A stretch of DNA of 64,000 nucleotides from an uncultured Verrucomicrobiae bacterium. GTDB taxonomy: Bacteria; Verrucomicrobiota; Verrucomicrobiia; Limisphaerales; JAFGQR01. The stretch covers positions 32,001 through 96,000 of the forward strand of contig CAWBHS010000059.1 in NCBI GenBank assembly GCA_963788655.1. Reading direction: 5' to 3'. A program made the position numbers and the translations under genes. Below the pieces are notes generated by a model. That model saw only the letters and a program-made list of their open reading frames with translations, was not told the DNA's origin and made no database searches. Shown piece by piece: positions 59,863 through 64,000 of the stretch. Every line of letters starts with the position of its first letter. The first letter of the stretch is position 1.

Positions 59863-61651
59863 ATGCTCATGCCGAAAGCAGCGCGCGCAGGTGAACGCAT
59901 CCTTCGGGGCATACCGGTTTCTCCCGGCGTGTGCCGCGGGAAGCTGCTGGTGTTGCCCGATCCGCAGGACACCACCATCCCCCAGCTCCACCTGGAAGAG
60001 GAGGAATTGACCCCGCAAATCCAGCGTTTCGAACATGCCTTGATCGAAACCCGCCGTCAGATTCACGAGATTCAGCGCCAAGTCAGCGAAAACCTGGGGC
60101 TCAAAGACGCCAGCATTTTCGAAGCGCACGTCCTCGGTACTGGAAGATCCCATTTTGCTCGATGAAATCAGCCGCATGGTCACCGAGGAGAAGATCAATG
60201 TGGAATTTGCGGTCCAGCGATTTGCCGAAAAATACATCGCCACTCTCAGCGCCAGTGATGACCAGTACTTGCGTGAGCGGGCCGCAGATTTGCGGGATGT
60301 CGCGGCCCGGCTGCTGAACAACCTGCTCGGCCGGGCGGAGGAAGCTGATCTCCGTCACCTGCCCGAACCGTGCATTATCATCAGCCACGATCTCACCCCG
60401 TCTCGTACGGCATTGCTCGACAAGAAGATGGTAATCGGTTTCGGCACGGATATCGGCAGCCGAACCTCGCACACCGCCATCATGGCCCGCTCATTGGGCA
60501 TTCCCGCGGTGGTCGGTCTGCAAAATGCCCGCCACGAACTGGTCACCGGCGAATACGCGCTGCTGGACGGCTACAACGGCCAGATCATCATCAATCCCAC
60601 CGACCAGACGTTGTTCGAATACGGCCAGTTGGTCCGCAAACAAGTTACGCTCCAGGAAAAGCTGCTGGAATCGCGCGACCAACCGGCGATCACGCTCGAT
60701 GGCGTGCGTGTGATGCTGTTGGCCAACGTCGAGCAACCCAGCGACACCGAAGCAGTCTTCGCCAGCGGGGCGGAGGGGGTGGGGCTGTTCCGCACTGAAT
60801 TCATGTTCATCAACCGGAACTCGCTGCCCACCGAGGAAGAGCAATACCTGGCTTACCGTCAGGTGGCCGCGGCGCTGAATCCCCGGCCGGTGGTGATTCG
60901 CACGCTGGATCTGGGCGGCGACAAGTTCCTCTCCCAACTCGGTGTGCCGACGGAAATGAATCCGTTTTTGGGGTGGCGCGCCATTCGGTTTTGCCTGGAA
61001 CATCGCGAGCTGTTTCGCAGCCAGTTGCGGGCGATCCTCCGCGCCAGTGCCGAGGGCAACGTCAAAATGATGTACCCGATGATTTCGGGGCTGGAGGAAT
61101 TGAACCGGGCCAATGCGTTCGTCGAGGAATACCAAGAGGAATTGCGCAAACAGAACATCCCGTTCAACGAACACCTCGAAACCGGGGCTATGATCGAAAT
61201 TCCTTCCGCGGCCCTGGCGGCGGAGTCACTCGGCAAACGGATCAAATTTTTCAGCATCGGCACCAACGATTTGATCCAATATTCCCTGGCAGTGGATCGT
61301 TTGAACGAAAAAATCGCCCACCTCTACGAACCAACGCATCCCGCCATCTTGCGGCTCATCAAGATGACGGCCGAAGCGGGGCAGAAGCTGGGAATCCCGG
61401 TCGCTGTCTGCGGCGAAATGGCCGGCGACCCGGTGATGGTTCCCCTGTTGCTCGGCTTGGGCGTTAATGAGTTGAGTGTGGCCCCGCTCAATGTGCCTCA
61501 AATCAAACATTTGATTCGACGGCTCAAGTTGAGCGACGTCCGGGAATTGACCGAAAGTGCCCTGAACTGTGATTCCGGGAACGAGATCCTGGCCCGGTTC
61601 GAAGCCTACACCCGCCGAATCGCCCCGGCGCTGTTTGAATCCCAGAATTAA
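59863..61651 (+). CDS. ptsI: PTS enzyme I (frameshift near 60138)
   Basis: GIPVSPG, IFEAH, TSHTAIMAR, GLFRTEF, NPFLGWRAIR, SIGTNDL and CGEMAG. Confidence 0.95.
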
Positions 61652-61668
61652 ATGGTTAAATTGCCTAC

Positions 61669-62430
61669 ATGAAAGTTGTTATTCTTGCGGCCGGGTACGC
61701 CACCCGCCTGTATCCGCTGACGCTCACCCGGGCCAAACCACTGCTCCCGGTGGCCGGCAAGCCGATGATCGACCATGTGCTGGACAACTTGGCCCCCATC
61801 GGTGGTTTGGACCGCATTTACATCGTGACCAACGCGAAGTTCGCCGACCAATTCCAGGCCTGGGCGGATGATTACCGGGCGCACAAAGCGAAGTTGGATT
61901 TTACCATCGTCAATGACGGCTCCACCGATGACAGCAACAAGCTGGGGGCCATTGGCGATCTGCACCTGGTGCTGACCCGCGAGAACCTTGATGACGACCT
62001 GCTGGTGGTGGCCGGAGACAACCTGTTCAGCCAGAGCCTCGAGGCCTTCGGTCGTTTCTGCCGTGAAAAACAGGCACCGGTGTTGGCGGTTTACGACGTC
62101 GGCAACCTCGAACAAATCAAGAAATTCAACGCGATCACCATCAATCAGGAGGGCAGCATCGAATTTTTCGAGGAAAAACCGCCGCAGCCGAAAAGCACCT
62201 TGACGGGCATCGCCCTCTATTTTTACCCGCGCTCGATGTTGCCGCTGATTCGCCAGTATGTGACCGAAGGCAACAATCCCGATCAACCCGGTCGGCTGGT
62301 CCAGTGGCTCTACCCGCGGGTGCCGGTTTACACGTGGCGGGTGCCGGGGCTCTGGTTCGACATCGGTGGCAAAGAGTCGCTCGAAGAAGCCAACCGCGTC
62401 TTTGGGGCGTCAACCGCTCCTCAGAGATAG
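61669..62430 (+). CDS. Sugar-phosphate nucleotidyltransferase family protein
   Basis: ILAAGYATRLYPLT...KPLL, FEEKP and WFDIG. Confidence 0.92.
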   Translation: MKVVILAAGYATRLYPLTLTRAKPLLPVAGKPMIDHVLDNLAPIGGLDRIYIVTNAKFADQFQAWADDYRAHKAKLDFTIVNDGSTDDSNKLGAIGDLHLVLTRENLDDDLLVVAGDNLFSQSLEAFGRFCREKQAPVLAVYDVGNLEQIKKFNAITINQEGSIEFFEEKPPQPKSTLTGIALYFYPRSMLPLIRQYVTEGNNPDQPGRLVQWLYPRVPVYTWRVPGLWFDIGGKESLEEANRVFGASTAPQR

Positions 62431-62434
62431 ACCC

Positions 62435-62803
62435 ATGGACTGGATTGGTATCGCGATCGTCCTGGCGTTCATTGTTGCGGTAATTGCTTGGAAGCTGGCC
62501 GGCCAAATCAGCGTTGAACGCGCTCAATCCTGCCTGGAACAGGGAGCTAAGGTGATCGATGTGCGCAACCCGTCGGAATACCGCGCAGGCCACTTGCCGG
62601 GCACGATCAATATTCCGTTGAGTGACCTGCGCGAACAAATCGCCGCGCAGGCACCGAACAAAGAGCAGGTGTTGCTGCTTCATTGCGCCAGCGGTGGCCG
62701 CAGTGGCATGGGGGCGCGGCTTCTGAAACAGGCCGGCTACGCCAATGCGTTCAATCTCGGCTCTTATGGTCGAGCGCAGAAGATTATGCACCGCGCGTTG
62801 TGA
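62435..62803 (+). CDS. Rhodanese-like protein
   Basis: IDVR..EY..GHLPG.INIP and CASGGRS. Confidence 0.92.
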   Translation: MDWIGIAIVLAFIVAVIAWKLAGQISVERAQSCLEQGAKVIDVRNPSEYRAGHLPGTINIPLSDLREQIAAQAPNKEQVLLLHCASGGRSGMGARLLKQAGYANAFNLGSYGRAQKIMHRAL

Positions 62804-62969
62804 TATGTGACTTGGGCACGATTGGGGAACGGCGATCGTTACCGCCACGTTCCTCCGCACTGCTGCGGGCCGCAAATAACCTGACCCAGTGCTTGCATTT
62901 CGCGCGGGGCCGCCTCATTCTTAGCCTGCGAATTCTTCGTGACCCACAGAACCGCGTCACTTTGGATAC

Positions 62970-64000
62970 ATGAGTAATCAAGCGCCAGACGACAGCATAT
63001 TTAATCTCGAGCAGCACTTTTTGCCGGCTTGGGCCAAACAATCACCCGATGAAAACCGTTTCGCCAACTATGAGGGCGAAACGGAACGACGGGGTGACCG
63101 ACGACGGGACCGAGGTGACCGACGGGATCGCCCCGCTGAACGTCGTGACCGGCCGGCTGGCCGCGGGCCAGGGCCTTCGCAAGGTCCGCGTCGCCGAGAC
63201 CAACGAGGCCGCGATAATCGAGGCCCGGACGACCGGAGACGGGACGGGCCACGGCCACCGCGGCAGGATCGCCCCGCCCCGCAACCGGTGCCACTGCCGG
63301 AAATCAATGTGGCGTTCGTGCCCGATGACAAGGGCGTGGACTCGCTGGCCAAGCAAATCAAAATGACCGGCCGCGCGTATCCGCTCTTCGACATTGCCCA
63401 CATGATCCTGTCCAAACCGGAGCGGCACTCGGTAACGTTCAGCGTTTGCAAGAACGCGGAGGGCAATCCGATCAATCCGTTGTATCTGTGCGCGCTGGAT
63501 GAAACGTTGTGGTTGTCGGCGGAAACGGCCATGCAGCACCTGTTGGAGAAGCATTTCACCACGTTCTATCAACCGGAACGGACGCAGGTGGAGCCTCCCA
63601 AAGGCACCTACACGTTTGTGGCCCAGTGCGGGATGAGCGGCGTGATTTTGGGTCCACCCAACCATCACGATTATCAAAACCAGCTTCGGAAACTGCATGC
63701 GGAACGGTTTTCCCGCATGCCGTTCGACACCTTCAAAGCGCGCGTCAAAATCGTGCGCGAGGAAACGGTGGTCAAAAAATGGATCGACGATCAAAGCTAC
63801 AAGACCCATTACCTTTGTCTCAACATGCCGGAACCGCTCCGGTTGGAAACCCGGGAAGAAGCGGAACAACATTTTCGCGAAACGCACCTGCCAAACCTGG
63901 TGCAGTTGGTGGAAACCTTCCGCATGAGCGGTGTTGCCAGTCGCAATATTCGCGAACTTGGGCTGCGGCGCCTGGTGCGCCAAGTTTGGGAAGACCAACG
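62970..64000 (+). CDS. Conserved hypothetical protein, partial (runs off window)
   Basis: Open frame from ATG 62970: MSNQAPDDSIFNLEQHFLPAWA..., an R/G/D/P-rich linker, GRAYPLFDIA and GPPNHHDYQ; no stop before 64000. Confidence 0.75.
   Translation, partial: MSNQAPDDSIFNLEQHFLPAWAKQSPDENRFANYEGETERRGDRRRDRGDRRDRPAERRDRPAGRGPGPSQGPRRRDQRGRDNRGPDDRRRDGPRPPRQDRPAPQPVPLPEINVAFVPDDKGVDSLAKQIKMTGRAYPLFDIAHMILSKPERHSVTFSVCKNAEGNPINPLYLCALDETLWLSAETAMQHLLEKHFTTFYQPERTQVEPPKGTYTFVAQCGMSGVILGPPNHHDYQNQLRKLHAERFSRMPFDTFKARVKIVREETVVKKWIDDQSYKTHYLCLNMPEPLRLETREEAEQHFRETHLPNLVQLVETFRMSGVASRNIRELGLRRLVRQVWEDQ

Noticed and set aside
2261..61651. Single frameshifts in cas8e, toxin, tspO, ATPase, 46-kb gene and ptsI as programmed frameshifting or pseudogenes
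   Set aside because: They are scattered across unrelated, otherwise intact genes without slippery-site patterns; sequencing indels are the simplest explanation.

Overview
GC-rich bacterial window; the gene content is consistent with Verrucomicrobia/PVC (inference). Many 1-nt indels in otherwise intact genes suggest an imperfect long-read assembly. The left end holds a type I-E cas operon (cas3-cas8e-cas11-cas6e-cas7, running off the window) with a toxin-antitoxin pair inserted antisense between cas6e and cas7. Several REP-like palindrome families follow, including a 4 x ~241-bp tandem array, along with lnt and a permease-SPFH x3-heavy-metal ATPase operon. The centre (~23.4-37.2 kb) is a chromosomal integron: two tandem, apparently damaged intI genes, an attI and 11 attC-delimited cassettes. 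It has been invaded by at least three kinds of mobile element. (1) An IS110 sits inside an attC, and its 5' non-coding end folds into a two-loop bridge-RNA-like structure whose guides match both the attC target and the IS ends. (2) An ORF-less group II intron sits in an attC core, and its EBS1 is complementary to that core. (3) A 284-bp element with 13-bp terminal inverted repeats, encoding only a GIY-YIG nuclease, splits the second intI exactly at RV|KD. The right half is mostly housekeeping: MscS, pfkA, antiporter, hybrid kinase, S8 protease, ccsA-hemA-hemC-cobA/hemD, gnd, PfkB, ptsI, nucleotidyltransferase and rhodanese.
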